64,000 nucleotides of DNA from Nitrosopumilus sp. (GCA_965224195.1 OZ245040.1:1376001-1440000); one strand, 5' to 3'. Positions 10,095 through 20,635 are shown, numbered from the stretch's first letter. Numbers and translations are program-made. Notes: generated from the letters alone by a model not told the origin.

Positions 10095-10916
10095 ATGATG
10101 AGTGAATTAAAAATAAAAAAAGATTTTACAGACATTTACACACAAGATTCACCACATAGTTATCTAAAGGAAATGAAAAGATTGGAATATGACATATCAG
10201 ATTCTACAAAACCATTGTACAACTCTATCATAGAGCAACTTGAAAAGACATCATCTAGACCAATTAATGTTTTAGACTTGGGAAGTTCATACGGTATAAA
10301 CTCATCATTAATAAAATATAATTTAACAATGTCAGAATTAAATAATTTCTTTTTAAATGAAACTGAACCAACAAAAAAAGAAACTAAACAGTTCTACAAA
10401 GAATGCACACGCAATGACAACTTGAATTTCTATCAAATAGATATCTCAGAAGAAGCTCTAAAATTTTCTGAAGAGATGGATTTGTGCGAAAGAGGTATGA
10501 ATGTTGATCTTGAAGCTGAAAAATTAAATTTACTAGAATCATTTCCAAAAATAGATGTAGTGATTGCAACTGGTTGTATTGGATATATTGGATACAAAGC
10601 ATTTTCAAACCTACTAAAAGTAATTAAAAACAGACAATCTAATTCAAACAAATCTGAAAAAGAGTATGTATCTCCAATTTTTGCATTCTCTGTTCTCAGA
10701 ATGTTTGACATGGATGACATTGAAGAAGTTTTTGAGATGTATAATCACTCTATCGTAAAAAGTGACATAAAACCAATCCGTCAAAGAAATTTTTCTGATC
10801 CTAAAGAAAAAGAACAAACTATTTCCATATTACATGGTATGGGAATTGACACTAAAAAATATGAAGATGACGGTAATTTCTATGCCGACTTTTACATTGC
10901 AAAATCCAAAAATTAG
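10095..10916 (+). CDS. Class I SAM-dependent methyltransferase-like protein
   Basis: Motif I VLDLGSSYGIN, YQIDIS, DVVIATGCIGY. Confidence 0.8.
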   Translation: MMSELKIKKDFTDIYTQDSPHSYLKEMKRLEYDISDSTKPLYNSIIEQLEKTSSRPINVLDLGSSYGINSSLIKYNLTMSELNNFFLNETEPTKKETKQFYKECTRNDNLNFYQIDISEEALKFSEEMDLCERGMNVDLEAEKLNLLESFPKIDVVIATGCIGYIGYKAFSNLLKVIKNRQSNSNKSEKEYVSPIFAFSVLRMFDMDDIEEVFEMYNHSIVKSDIKPIRQRNFSDPKEKEQTISILHGMGIDTKKYEDDGNFYADFYIAKSKN

Positions 10917-10955
10917 ATCAATAAAATTTTAAAAATAAATTCATGAAATGTCTAA

Positions 10956-12557
10956 TTAAAAGACCTCTTTTGGACGATACTCACCAAATACCTCACGGAA
11001 AGTATTACTGATTTCACCAGTGGTAGCAAATGCTTTAGCGGCAGTTACAATGTAAGGCATAAGATTTTCTTCAGTATCAGCAGCACTTTGCATTGCAGAT
11101 AATGCCTTTTCTAATTTTTTAGAATTTCTATCAGCACGTAATTTTTTGAGTGCTTTCTTTTGTTGAATTTCAATTCTACCATCAATTCTCAATAATTCTG
11201 GTTGCTCTTCTTCTTCAGAATACTTGTTTACACCAACAATTACCCTTTCAGAATCATCAGTTTCTTTTTTTAATCTATATGCATTTGCACGAATTTCAGA
11301 CTGGAAAAATCCCTTCTCGATTGCCTTAACAGAACCACCTATTTTTTCAATTTTTTTAAGATATTTCCACACGTCAGCCTCAATTTGATCACATAATTCT
11401 TCCAAATAATACGAGCCAGCAAGAGGATCGGCAGTTTTTGTGATGCCACTTTCATGAGCCACTATCTGTTGAGTTCTAAGTGCAATTTTTGCAGATTCTT
11501 GAGTAGGAAGCGCAAGTGCTTCATCACGTGAATTAGTATGTAATGATTGAGTTCCACCTGCAACTGCAGCCATAGTCTGGATGGCAACACGAACAATGTT
11601 ATTGTTAGGTTGTTGTGCAGTTAATGATTCACCACTAGTTTGTGTATGGAATTTTAATTGTAATGAGCGAGGATTTTTTGCATGAAACTTTTCTTTTAAT
11701 ATTTTGGCATAAACTTTTCTTGCAACTCTAAACTTTGCAACTTCTTCAAAAAATTCTATAGTACAACAAAAGAAAAAAGACAAACGAGGAGCAAAATCAT
11801 CAATTTTTAATCCTTTATCAATACAGGTTTGAATATATGCAATTGCATTTGCTAAAGTGAATGCAACTTCTTGTGTTGCAGTACATCCAGCCTCTCTCAT
11901 GTGATATCCAGAAATAGATACTGGATACCAAGAAGGAACTTTTTCTGCACAATACTCTATCATGTCACCAATTAATCGCATAGACGGTTCTGGAGAATAA
12001 ATGTAGGTATTTCTTGCAATGTATTCTTTTAAAATATCATTTTGAGTTGTTCCACGAAGATCATGACTTTTGAATCCTTGGGCTTCACCAACTGCGATAT
12101 AATATGCTAAAAGTGTGGATGCTGTAGAATTAATGGTCATTGAAGAACTAACTTTACCTAACGGAATACCATCAAAGGCAGTCATCATGTCCTTAATTGA
12201 TGTAATTGATACGCCAACCTTTCCGACTTCACCTTCAGCTTGTGGGGAATCCGAATCATATCCAATTTGAGTAGGCAAGTCAAATGCCATACTAAGACCA
12301 GTTTGACCTTTTTCAAGCATGAATTTGAATCGCTCATTAGTTAATTTTGCATCTCCAAATCCAGAATATTGTCTCATAGTCCAAAATCGTTCACGAAACA
12401 TTCCAGGATGAATGCCTCTAGTGAAAGGATATGTTCCTGCATCTTCAACAGGTTTCTTTTTTGAAGATTTTTGATAAATTCGTTTTACAAGATATGTAGA
12501 GTCTGTAAAAATTTTCTTTTCAGATGTTTTTGATTTTGTTGATTTTTTTGCAGCCAT
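10956..12557 (-). CDS. Methylmalonyl-CoA mutase, large (substrate-binding) subunit
   Basis: YPFTRG, WTMRQYSGF, GLSMAFDLPTQ, QNDILKEY, SISGYHMREAG, QSLHTNS. Confidence 0.97.
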   Translation of the reverse strand: MAAKKSTKSKTSEKKIFTDSTYLVKRIYQKSSKKKPVEDAGTYPFTRGIHPGMFRERFWTMRQYSGFGDAKLTNERFKFMLEKGQTGLSMAFDLPTQIGYDSDSPQAEGEVGKVGVSITSIKDMMTAFDGIPLGKVSSSMTINSTASTLLAYYIAVGEAQGFKSHDLRGTTQNDILKEYIARNTYIYSPEPSMRLIGDMIEYCAEKVPSWYPVSISGYHMREAGCTATQEVAFTLANAIAYIQTCIDKGLKIDDFAPRLSFFFCCTIEFFEEVAKFRVARKVYAKILKEKFHAKNPRSLQLKFHTQTSGESLTAQQPNNNIVRVAIQTMAAVAGGTQSLHTNSRDEALALPTQESAKIALRTQQIVAHESGITKTADPLAGSYYLEELCDQIEADVWKYLKKIEKIGGSVKAIEKGFFQSEIRANAYRLKKETDDSERVIVGVNKYSEEEEQPELLRIDGRIEIQQKKALKKLRADRNSKKLEKALSAMQSAADTEENLMPYIVTAAKAFATTGEISNTFREVFGEYRPKEVF

Positions 12558-12561
12558 AATA

Positions 12562-13494
12562 TCACTTTATCAAAGATTTTGTAATTTTATCCCCAGCTAA
12601 GAAAGGATCAATGTCTTTTGATTGTAATTTTTTAAGATATTTGGAAAATGTTTTATCAGAAACTAACAACTCATCAATCTTTTCTTGAATGTTATTTAAA
12701 ACAATATCTTTTAGTTCTGTCTCTAGTCGTTCTTTATCCTTAACTTCTTTGAATTGTTTTTTAGATTTCATCATATCTTTCAAAGTTTTAGCAAATACAG
12801 TAATTCCTGAATTCTTTTTTACAGACGTTTTTAGAATAACGGGGCGTCTAACAGAATCTCCAATAAAATCACGTACAGCATCAAATAGTTGAGTTGTTCC
12901 ACTAAGGTCACTTTTGTTAACTAGATAGATATCTCCAATTTCAGTCAAGCCAGCTTTGATTGTTTGAATACTATCACCAGTATTTGGATTAAACACGACA
13001 ACTGTGATATCAGCAATGTTTGAAATCTCAACTTCAGTTTGCCCAGCTCCTACACTCTCAATTATTATCGGATTAAATCCAGCATATTCTAAAACTCGAA
13101 TGCTGTTTCGTAATGAACGAGATACAGCTCCGGTTGCGCCTCTTGATGCAATGCTGCGAATGTATGTACCAGAATCAGTTGATTCACTCATTCTAACTCT
13201 ATCACCAAGTATGGCCCCACCAGTAAGATGGCTTGTAGGGTCAACTGCCAGTACAGCAGGTTTTACGCCTAATTTTTTTAGAGATATTGCAGTTTTGTTA
13301 ATCAGTGAACTTTTTCCAGCACCAGCAGGACCAGTAATTCCAATTATTGTAGAATTTCCACTAGATTTGAAAATTTTCTTTAATAGTTTTTTTGCTTCGG
13401 TTTGATCATTTTCTACAATAGAAATGGCTTTAGCAATTGCTCCACGTTTTCCTTTTTTAAGATCAGCAAGCAAATCCAAGATACAGTAATTCAA
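12562..13494 (-). CDS. meaB: Methylmalonyl-CoA mutase-associated GTPase MeaB
   Basis: GITGPAGAGKSS, AVDPTS..GGAILGDRVRM, ESVGAGQ, VNKSD. Confidence 0.95.
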   Translation of the reverse strand: MNYCILDLLADLKKGKRGAIAKAISIVENDQTEAKKLLKKIFKSSGNSTIIGITGPAGAGKSSLINKTAISLKKLGVKPAVLAVDPTSHLTGGAILGDRVRMSESTDSGTYIRSIASRGATGAVSRSLRNSIRVLEYAGFNPIIIESVGAGQTEVEISNIADITVVVFNPNTGDSIQTIKAGLTEIGDIYLVNKSDLSGTTQLFDAVRDFIGDSVRRPVILKTSVKKNSGITVFAKTLKDMMKSKKQFKEVKDKERLETELKDIVLNNIQEKIDELLVSDKTFSKYLKKLQSKDIDPFLAGDKITKSLIK

Positions 13495-13524
13495 TCAGAA
13501 GTGCAATAAAATCTTGTGTTAGAT

Positions 13525-13932
13525 CTACGGAGTAGAATAGATTACTGGAGGAATGGATTCACCTAAAGGATGAATTTCAGTTTTTAATTGAATGTGACCA
13601 AAGTCTTCATGATCAATTTCTAAAACTACAGGATGAATTTCCCAACCATATTTTGGCTCATTAGGAAAGGGTATGATTTCAATAAATTCTGTAGCAGAAA
13701 ATGTTTTTTGAAATGTTTCACCCATACCAAGAATTTCCATTACAACAACAGTTGTTTTTTGGGATTTATCAAAAAATGAAACCTCAACGTGACCAGTATC
13801 ATAGTAAACAGCATCCACTTGAAATGTTTGTCGTAAGTCATCTTTATCATCGGATGCACCACCAGTTAAAAACACAATTGCCAATACGGTAAAAACTCCA
13901 AGAAAAATAGGAGGACCTAGTTTTTTAGCCAT
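13525..13932 (-). CDS. Hypothetical membrane-anchored/secreted protein
   Basis: N-terminal hydrophobic helix; overlaps the stop of the upstream peptidase. Confidence 0.75.
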   Translation of the reverse strand: MAKKLGPPIFLGVFTVLAIVFLTGGASDDKDDLRQTFQVDAVYYDTGHVEVSFFDKSQKTTVVVMEILGMGETFQKTFSATEFIEIIPFPNEPKYGWEIHPVVLEIDHEDFGHIQLKTEIHPLGESIPPVIYSTP

Positions 13933-16426
13933 CTTTGAACTCTTTTCTCATACGTCTAAGAAATTTTGAGTTTATTCTAATTCGTTCCAGAGTTTGTGAT
14001 TGCGTACGTTCAGTTCCAGGAGTAGGGTTCTTTTTGAAAAATAATTTAATTTCTTTTTCCATCGAATCATCTGCAACAGATGTGATGCTTGCCACAATTC
14101 TGTTAAAAAGAGGATTCCCATGTCCAACTTTTTTGTTTATATTTTTCCAATTTTTCTTCAACCATGACCACAAAACTTTATCACCGTATGGATTTGCAGC
14201 AACTCTCATAATTGGTAATTGCATATTTTGAGAACGAACTTGAGAAGTCTGTGAGAAATCAAGAGTTTTTAAAAGCAGTTTTTTATCCTTAAACCCACAT
14301 AAAGCACCTAAGAATCGAAGTTTTTCCTCCATGGTTTTAGCATTCTTGTATAGCTTTGTTAATTCTGCATGAGTTTTTGAATTTCCATTCCATGCAGCAA
14401 TAGAGAGGATGGGTTCTACCAAATCAGGAGAAATTGAACTGGGAGATTTTAAGAATTTCTGATATCGTTTTAATGCCTCATCAGTAACTTCATCATCATT
14501 CATTTTACCTAAAACAGAAATTGTAAATCCACGCAACAGTGCATCAGTGTGTTTATCAGATTTTTGTGGCTCCCATCCCAAATTAAATAAAATTTTTCTA
14601 AAGTAATTTACAGCATACCCACGAATTTCTTCTGCAAATGGTTCATCAAATGCACGGAAATACAATGATGCCAAGTTATGTGCAACATTAACAGAAGCAA
14701 GATAACTATCCTCATCAAAGTAAGCATCTGAAAAGTCCAGATAATTTCTAACTTGTTCATCACCTGAAACACATAATGAAAATAAATCATTTTGAATAGC
14801 CCACCTATCAATTGCAGGTATGCGTTTTTCATCTACCAACATTTTCAAATCAAGTAAAATACCTTCATCATATTTTACTCGATAGAATCCTTTACGTCCA
14901 TAATTTGCAACAAATCCCAAAGTATTCTTTGGTAGTTTAACAGATATCGATTTTGTAGTGAATAACTTTTGAGAAATCTCTGATTCCAACCCTATAGACA
15001 TAGGTATAGACCATAATCCCTTACTAAATTTGTTATCAGGTTCAAGAAGGTATCTTTTCTGTTTTAATTTCAAATTATTTCCATCTTGATTAATTTCAAC
15101 TAGAGGGAATCCAGGCTGTTTTAGCCATGTATTTACCATTGAGGATACAGGCATTTGAGATGCCTTACCTATTGCATCCCACAAATCTTGGCCCCTTGCA
15201 TTCTGATATTTGAAATCAGACAAATATTTTTTCAAACCTTTTTGGAAATTTGGTTCACCAACATAATGTTCAAGCATTCGAAGAACACATCCACCTTTAT
15301 CATATGAAATAGCATCAAAGATTTCACGGATTTCTGCAGGAAAATTTACTTTCACATCGATAGGGTGAGTAGTTTTAAGAGAATCAAGCCCCATTGCAAC
15401 ATTCATTGCATCTTCAACAAACTGATTCCACAAATCCCATTCAGGATAGAACTTGTCAACAAATTTAGTAGCCATAAAAGTTGCAAAACTCTCATTCAGC
15501 CACAAATCATTCCACCATTTCATAGTAACAAGATTTCCAAACCACTGATGTGCAATTTCGTGTGAAATTACTTCGGCGATGAATTGTTTGGTTCTAGTGG
15601 AGGATGTTTTAGGATCATATAGTAAAATAGTCTCTCTGAAGGTAATTGCACCCCAGTTCTCCATAGCTCCTGCTGCAAAGTCAGGAACTGCAATCAAGTC
15701 TAGTTTTGGTAATGGGTATTTGATTCCAAAATATTTTTCATAAGATGTAAGAAGTTTTTTTCCTAAATCTAAAGAGAATTTTCCTTTTGATTTGTTACCC
15801 TTTGTTGTAATTACTCTAATCTGTATTTTACCAACTTTACCTGTAAGATATTCAAATTCTCCAACTCCAAGATAAATCAAGTATGTGGAAACTATAGGAG
15901 TTTTTGAAAAATTATACAAAGTTTTACTGCCAATTTTTTTCTTTGATTTAATTGGCATGTTTGAAATTGCAGTAAATTTGTTATCGGCAATTATAGAAAT
16001 TTCAAATGTTGCTTTTGCTTCAGGCTCATCCCAGCAGGGGAAAGCACGTCTGGCATCTGCTGCCTCAAATTGTGTAGTAGCAAGATATTTTGTTTTCCCA
16101 TTTTGAACATATTGACTTCTATAAAATCCCAATAACCTATCATTTAAAATTCCTTGAAATTCTAAATCAATAGTGATTTTTCCTTTAACTTTTTCAGATA
16201 ATTTAATATCCAATTCTTCATTTTTGTCATTGGTTTTTGGAGATGATTTGATAATTTTCCCTTTTGATTTTACTTGACAAGAGACAATCTTTAATTCAGC
16301 ACAATGCATTGTGATTAGGTTGGTAGATTTTTTACAATCTACAATAATAGATTCCATTCCGTTGAATGCAAATTTTTTTAGATCAGGTTCAAAAGTTAAT
16401 TTATAATTGATTGGATTTACATCCAT
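13925..16426 (-). CDS. M1 family aminopeptidase with ERAP1-like C-terminal domain
   Basis: TQFEAADARRAFPCWDEP, GAMENWG, HEIAH-x18-E. Confidence 0.96.
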   Translation of the reverse strand: MDVNPINYKLTFEPDLKKFAFNGMESIIVDCKKSTNLITMHCAELKIVSCQVKSKGKIIKSSPKTNDKNEELDIKLSEKVKGKITIDLEFQGILNDRLLGFYRSQYVQNGKTKYLATTQFEAADARRAFPCWDEPEAKATFEISIIADNKFTAISNMPIKSKKKIGSKTLYNFSKTPIVSTYLIYLGVGEFEYLTGKVGKIQIRVITTKGNKSKGKFSLDLGKKLLTSYEKYFGIKYPLPKLDLIAVPDFAAGAMENWGAITFRETILLYDPKTSSTRTKQFIAEVISHEIAHQWFGNLVTMKWWNDLWLNESFATFMATKFVDKFYPEWDLWNQFVEDAMNVAMGLDSLKTTHPIDVKVNFPAEIREIFDAISYDKGGCVLRMLEHYVGEPNFQKGLKKYLSDFKYQNARGQDLWDAIGKASQMPVSSMVNTWLKQPGFPLVEINQDGNNLKLKQKRYLLEPDNKFSKGLWSIPMSIGLESEISQKLFTTKSISVKLPKNTLGFVANYGRKGFYRVKYDEGILLDLKMLVDEKRIPAIDRWAIQNDLFSLCVSGDEQVRNYLDFSDAYFDEDSYLASVNVAHNLASLYFRAFDEPFAEEIRGYAVNYFRKILFNLGWEPQKSDKHTDALLRGFTISVLGKMNDDEVTDEALKRYQKFLKSPSSISPDLVEPILSIAAWNGNSKTHAELTKLYKNAKTMEEKLRFLGALCGFKDKKLLLKTLDFSQTSQVRSQNMQLPIMRVAANPYGDKVLWSWLKKNWKNINKKVGHGNPLFNRIVASITSVADDSMEKEIKLFFKKNPTPGTERTQSQTLERIRINSKFLRRMRKEFKDG

Positions 16427-16527
16427 AATTCTTGTACTTTGGTTACACTTTAAGTAGATTTTCTATTTTAAGCAGGTGAAACTACGATAGAATTACTAAG
16501 ACATGCGTGTGACGCCAAAAGAAATTA

Positions 16528-17427
16528 TTATTTTATTGCTTGATCTTGTTTTAATCCCTTGTAACGATTTCTTATTGTTACTTCAGTTACACCTGCAGCT
16601 TCTGCAAGATCTCGTTGAGTAATTGAAACACCGTTCTTTACACATGAAAGATAAAGTGCAGTTGCAGCCAATCCCATTGGATCTTTTCCTGCAGATTCTT
16701 TACGCTCTTGTGCCTCTTTTAATACCTTGACTGCATAACGTTTAGTTTTTTCAGATATCTCAAGTTTACTAGAAATTCTAGCAATGCATTGAATAGAATC
16801 CACAACAGGCATTTTTAGTTCTAATTCATGGTGCAGTAATCTATAACATCGTGCAATATCTTTTCGTTTAACATTTGCGGCATCTGCAACATCTTTTAGT
16901 GTTCTAGGGGTTTCAGTATCTCTACATGCAGCGTATAATGATGCAGCAATCATTGCAGAAATAGATCTTCCACGAACTAATTTTTTCTCCAATGCTTTTC
17001 TGTAAATGTATGCGGCCTTCTCCAAAACATTTGCAGGGATTGAAACTTTGTCTTTTAATTTATTTAAATCACTAAGGGCTTGTCTCAAATTTCTATCAAC
17101 AGGTGCATGAACTTGACTTCTACTGTCCCAAGTTCGTAATCTCTCAATTGTACTCTTCATAGATGTTGAAAGGGGTTTACCAGATGCATCTTTGTTTAGT
17201 GGATTAATTACAGTAGACAATCCCATGTCATGAATCATTAGAGATGAAGGAGCGCCGGTTCTTGCAGGATCTGCACCACCATCTTTTTGAAATGATCTCC
17301 ATTCAGGACCGGATTCTTGAGATTTACCATCAATTACATATCCACACTTGCCACAAAATTGTTCGCCTGTAACTTCGTCAGATAAAATAGAATTTTTTCC
17401 ACAACGTGCACAAGATGGAGTATCCAT
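16528..17427 (-). CDS. tfb: Transcription initiation factor IIB
   Basis: Zn ribbon CARC..CGKCG, GPEWRSF, two cyclin repeats, GVTEVTIRNRY. Confidence 0.96.
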   Translation of the reverse strand: MDTPSCARCGKNSILSDEVTGEQFCGKCGYVIDGKSQESGPEWRSFQKDGGADPARTGAPSSLMIHDMGLSTVINPLNKDASGKPLSTSMKSTIERLRTWDSRSQVHAPVDRNLRQALSDLNKLKDKVSIPANVLEKAAYIYRKALEKKLVRGRSISAMIAASLYAACRDTETPRTLKDVADAANVKRKDIARCYRLLHHELELKMPVVDSIQCIARISSKLEISEKTKRYAVKVLKEAQERKESAGKDPMGLAATALYLSCVKNGVSITQRDLAEAAGVTEVTIRNRYKGLKQDQAIK

Positions 17428-17567
17428 TTAGAAACCTGCCCTAGTTTTTTGGAAATTCATAATTGAAACAATAGATGTAGCAATGTAATTAAACATGATT
17501 TAAAAGCAATTCTCATCTATAAGAAGGGTGAGTATATTCACAAAAGGAGCAAAAATTATTTTTCAAA

Positions 17568-17831
17568 TTAGGTCATAACAGTAACTACAGGTTCAGACAT
17601 GCCACCATAGCCAGAGTCAATAGTTTGTCTAGGGTTTAGAGATGTATCATGATGACATGCCTTGTTGCATACAGGACAAAATTTTCGATCAAGCACAATG
17701 CATTGACAAATGTGATTTTTCACATATGCTTGGGCTGCTTGATTCCACTCTCCAGTCCCATTACAATATACACAAATATTTGCTGAAGATGAGCCTACAC
17801 CCTTACAAAAATCACAAACATCATCAGTCAT
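17568..17831 (-). CDS. Small Cys-rich Zn-finger protein (DnaJ-like CxxCxGxG)
   Basis: CDFCKGVG, CVYCNGTG, plus CQC..CPVC..CHH. Confidence 0.75.
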   Translation of the reverse strand: MTDDVCDFCKGVGSSSANICVYCNGTGEWNQAAQAYVKNHICQCIVLDRKFCPVCNKACHHDTSLNPRQTIDSGYGGMSEPVVTVMT

Positions 17832-17931
17832 ATCTTAACGTCACTGCTGGGATTTGAATCAATATATTTGAAGAGGTAAGCAGTTGTAAATCAAATAAAC
17901 CTTTTAAAATATCCCAAATTTAACTATAATT

Positions 17932-18354
17932 ATGAAGCAAAAGGCAGCATCACGAAGTATCAAAATTTTGGTAGCTAAATTAGGATTAGATGGTCATGAT
18001 AGAGGTGCTCTCGTATTATGTAGAGCATTCAGAGATGCAGGAATGGAAGTAATCTATTCAGGGCTTTTTGCCACCCCAGACAGAATTGCACAAATTGCAG
18101 AAGATGAAGATGTGGACGCAGTAGCAATGAGTTTGTTAAATGGTGCACATGGAACACTTTTCCCAAGAGTAGTCAAGAATCTAAAAAAGAAAGGTATCAA
18201 AGATGTGCTAATAGTTGGAGGAGGAGTAATTCCAGATATTGATCATAAAGATTTAGTAAAATCAGGAATAGACCATGTGTTTGGTCCAGGTACACCATTG
18301 CCAACAATCATTAATCATATTACAACTGGCGTATCTAAATTAAGAAAAATATAA
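17932..18354 (+). CDS. Methylmalonyl-CoA mutase, small (B12-binding) subunit
   Basis: KLGLDGHDRG B12-binding motif, GGGVIP. Confidence 0.96.
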   Translation: MKQKAASRSIKILVAKLGLDGHDRGALVLCRAFRDAGMEVIYSGLFATPDRIAQIAEDEDVDAVAMSLLNGAHGTLFPRVVKNLKKKGIKDVLIVGGGVIPDIDHKDLVKSGIDHVFGPGTPLPTIINHITTGVSKLRKI

Positions 18355-18363
18355 GAAAAAAGA

Positions 18364-19362
18364 CTATTCTGTGGAATCAGGCCACATCATTTTACGCATT
18401 TCTTTGCCAACTTTTTCAATTTGGTGTTCGTCATATACTTTCATGTGTTTATCAAATGCATCTTTGCCGTTTTTCTGATATTCAGAAATCCACTCGCTGT
18501 TGAATGTACCATCTTGAATCATGGTAAGAACTTTTTTCATGTTCTCTTTGTTTGATTTATCCATAACCATTGGTCCACGTGTTAATCCGCCATATCTGGC
18601 AGTTTCACTTACGCGTCTCCACATTCCATTAATTCCATATCTTTGAATCATATCTACAATGAGCTTAAGTTCATGTAAAACTTCAAAGTATGCAATTTCT
18701 GGCTGATATCCTGCTTCAACAAGAGTTTCAAACGCATTTGTAACCATAGAAGCTGCTCCACCACAAAGGTCAGCTTGTTCACCAAACCAATCAGTTTCTA
18801 CTTCTTCTTTGAATGCAGTTTTGATTAGTCCGGCTCTTGCACTACCAATTGCTTTTGCAATTCCCAACGTTCTATCCCAAGCTTTTCCTGTGAAATCCTG
18901 TTCAACTGCAACGATTGCAGGAGTTCCAAAATTTTCAAGATATGTTTCTCGGACTTTAGAACCAGGCCCCTTTGGTGCAACCATGATTAAATCAACGCTG
19001 CTTGGTGCCTCAATCCATTTCCAATAGATTGCAGCTGCATGAGAAAATGACAATGCTTTTCCGTCTGAAAGATTTGGTCCGATTTCATCTCTGTATACTT
19101 GACCTTGAATCATGTCAGGAATCAACATGTGTACAATGTCTGCCTGTTTTGTTGCATCTGCAACAGACATTACTTTGTGACCATCAGCTTCTGCCTTTTT
19201 CCAGCTGTTGCCGCCTTTTTTAAGGCCAATTATTACATCAAGACCAGAGTCTTTCATGTTGTTTGCTTGTGCATCACCTTGAATGCCATAACCAATTACA
19301 GCAATGGTTTGATCTTTAATTGGATCAAGGCTGATATCGGCATCTTTCCATGTTTTTGCCAT
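18364..19362 (-). CDS. ilvC: Ketol-acid reductoisomerase
   Basis: VIGYGIQG, MVAPKGPG, ETDWFGEQADLCGG, AYFEVLHE. Confidence 0.97.
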   Translation of the reverse strand: MAKTWKDADISLDPIKDQTIAVIGYGIQGDAQANNMKDSGLDVIIGLKKGGNSWKKAEADGHKVMSVADATKQADIVHMLIPDMIQGQVYRDEIGPNLSDGKALSFSHAAAIYWKWIEAPSSVDLIMVAPKGPGSKVRETYLENFGTPAIVAVEQDFTGKAWDRTLGIAKAIGSARAGLIKTAFKEEVETDWFGEQADLCGGAASMVTNAFETLVEAGYQPEIAYFEVLHELKLIVDMIQRYGINGMWRRVSETARYGGLTRGPMVMDKSNKENMKKVLTMIQDGTFNSEWISEYQKNGKDAFDKHMKVYDEHQIEKVGKEMRKMMWPDSTE

Positions 19363-19398
19363 GATTGTGGCATGGATATTGCAAATATTAACTATGAA

Positions 19399-19518
19399 TT
19401 AAATTTCAATTATTTTGTCACATGAACGGCATTTCACTGCAATCTTTTCACCTGCAAGCCTAATGAATCGTTTTGAACCACATTTTGGGCAAATAGGACA
19501 CGAACGTGCAGGTTCCAT
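19399..19518 (-). CDS. 39-aa Zn-ribbon microprotein
   Basis: Translated by hand: MEPARSCPICPKCGSKRFIRLAGEKIAVKCRSCDKIIEI (CPKC...CRSC). Confidence 0.6.
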   Translation of the reverse strand: MEPARSCPICPKCGSKRFIRLAGEKIAVKCRSCDKIIEI

Positions 19519-19556
19519 AGCAATTCAATTATAACTTTTGATTTAATTAAACCAGT

Positions 19557-19994
19557 CTATTGTATAGTGCCACTGCCAAGAATTCGAATTGTGGTTGATT
19601 CAGGTTTTAGAACAACTGCAACTTGTCCCTTTTTGCATACAATTGGTTTTTCAAACGTCAGTTTTAAAGGGGAAATGGACGAGAATTTGGCAGCTTTTAT
19701 TTGTAATCCAACACTTACAAGACATCCTTGATTTTCTGCAATATCACTTTTGTAAAAGGGACTCTTTTGAAAATCAACTGTCTCTTCTTTAGAATTAGAT
19801 TTTATAATTTTTATTTTATTTTTACTTGATAATTGTTTAATTTGTTCAAGTGTATTTTTTTCCAACAACTCTTCATTTGCAATACTGGATGTGACAGCTA
19901 ATGTATGGCCTAGCTTTAATAATTCATCTACAATCTGTGGACAATTTAATTCTCCAAATATTGCAATTATGGCAGATGAGTCAAATATTTTCAA
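19557..19994 (-). pseudogene. Chimeric ORF: N-half of a PIN (DUF3368-like) toxin fused to the C-terminal domain of an EF-Tu/SelB-like protein
   Basis: IFDSSAIIA and TSSIANEE match a PIN N-terminus, but the later acidic residues are missing; the tail KSPFYK..VSVGLQ..LTFEKPI..IRILGSG resembles EF-Tu domain III. Confidence 0.65.
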
Positions 19995-20001
19995 AAAATT
20001 A

Positions 20002-20635
20002 TCACGATATTATTACTGTGCCTTTTTCTTTCATTTTTTTTATGATGTAGTTATGTGGCTTGTTTAATAATTCTGAAGCTCGTTCAGATGAAATTTTTTT
20101 TTTATTTACCAATGAAAGAGTATGATTTTCAATAGATGGTTTCAATTTATCATATGCAATTGGTTCATTAGTCATATCAGGATATGCAGAGTATACGTAA
20201 GATAATATTTCATTGGCATTCATATCAGGATATGCAGAGTATACGTAAGATAATATTTCATTGGCATTCATATCATTGAGAAATTTTTTGTATTCAGATA
20301 ACAAATGGATTATCTGTTCACTTTCCTCGGATTCAAATATATTTGCAATCTCTTGTCCTTTCCTAGTTAGTTCTATTTCTCCTGGAGTAGTTACAAAAAC
20401 ACCAATGTCTTCCAGGTATACTGATTCCTCATCTATTATCTCGCTATATGGTCCATAATTATCTGCATCATGGCTGGTTTGTCCTTTAATCTCATCTAAT
20501 TTGTCTGAAAGCAAAAACATCATTTTTTGGAGTTTTATCCTGCCTTTGATTGGCTCATCATTTGGCTTTTGCCGGTAAAATCATCCATCTCTGCAGATTA
20601 TCTGCATTGCTGATCATTTTTTCTTTCAAAGTCAT
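20002..20635 (-). pseudogene. Frameshifted antitoxin-like gene (SocA/DUF4065-like wHTH plus UPF0175-like HTH)
   Basis: MTLKEKMIS.. from 20635 shifts frame near 20563 into NDEPIKGRIKLQKMMFLL; ADNYGPYS motif; C-terminal KISSERASELL; internal 48-bp duplication. Confidence 0.65.
20172..20275. repeat. 48-bp tandem duplication (DMNANEILSYVYSAYP x2)
   Basis: Exact repeat with period 48. Confidence 0.95.
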
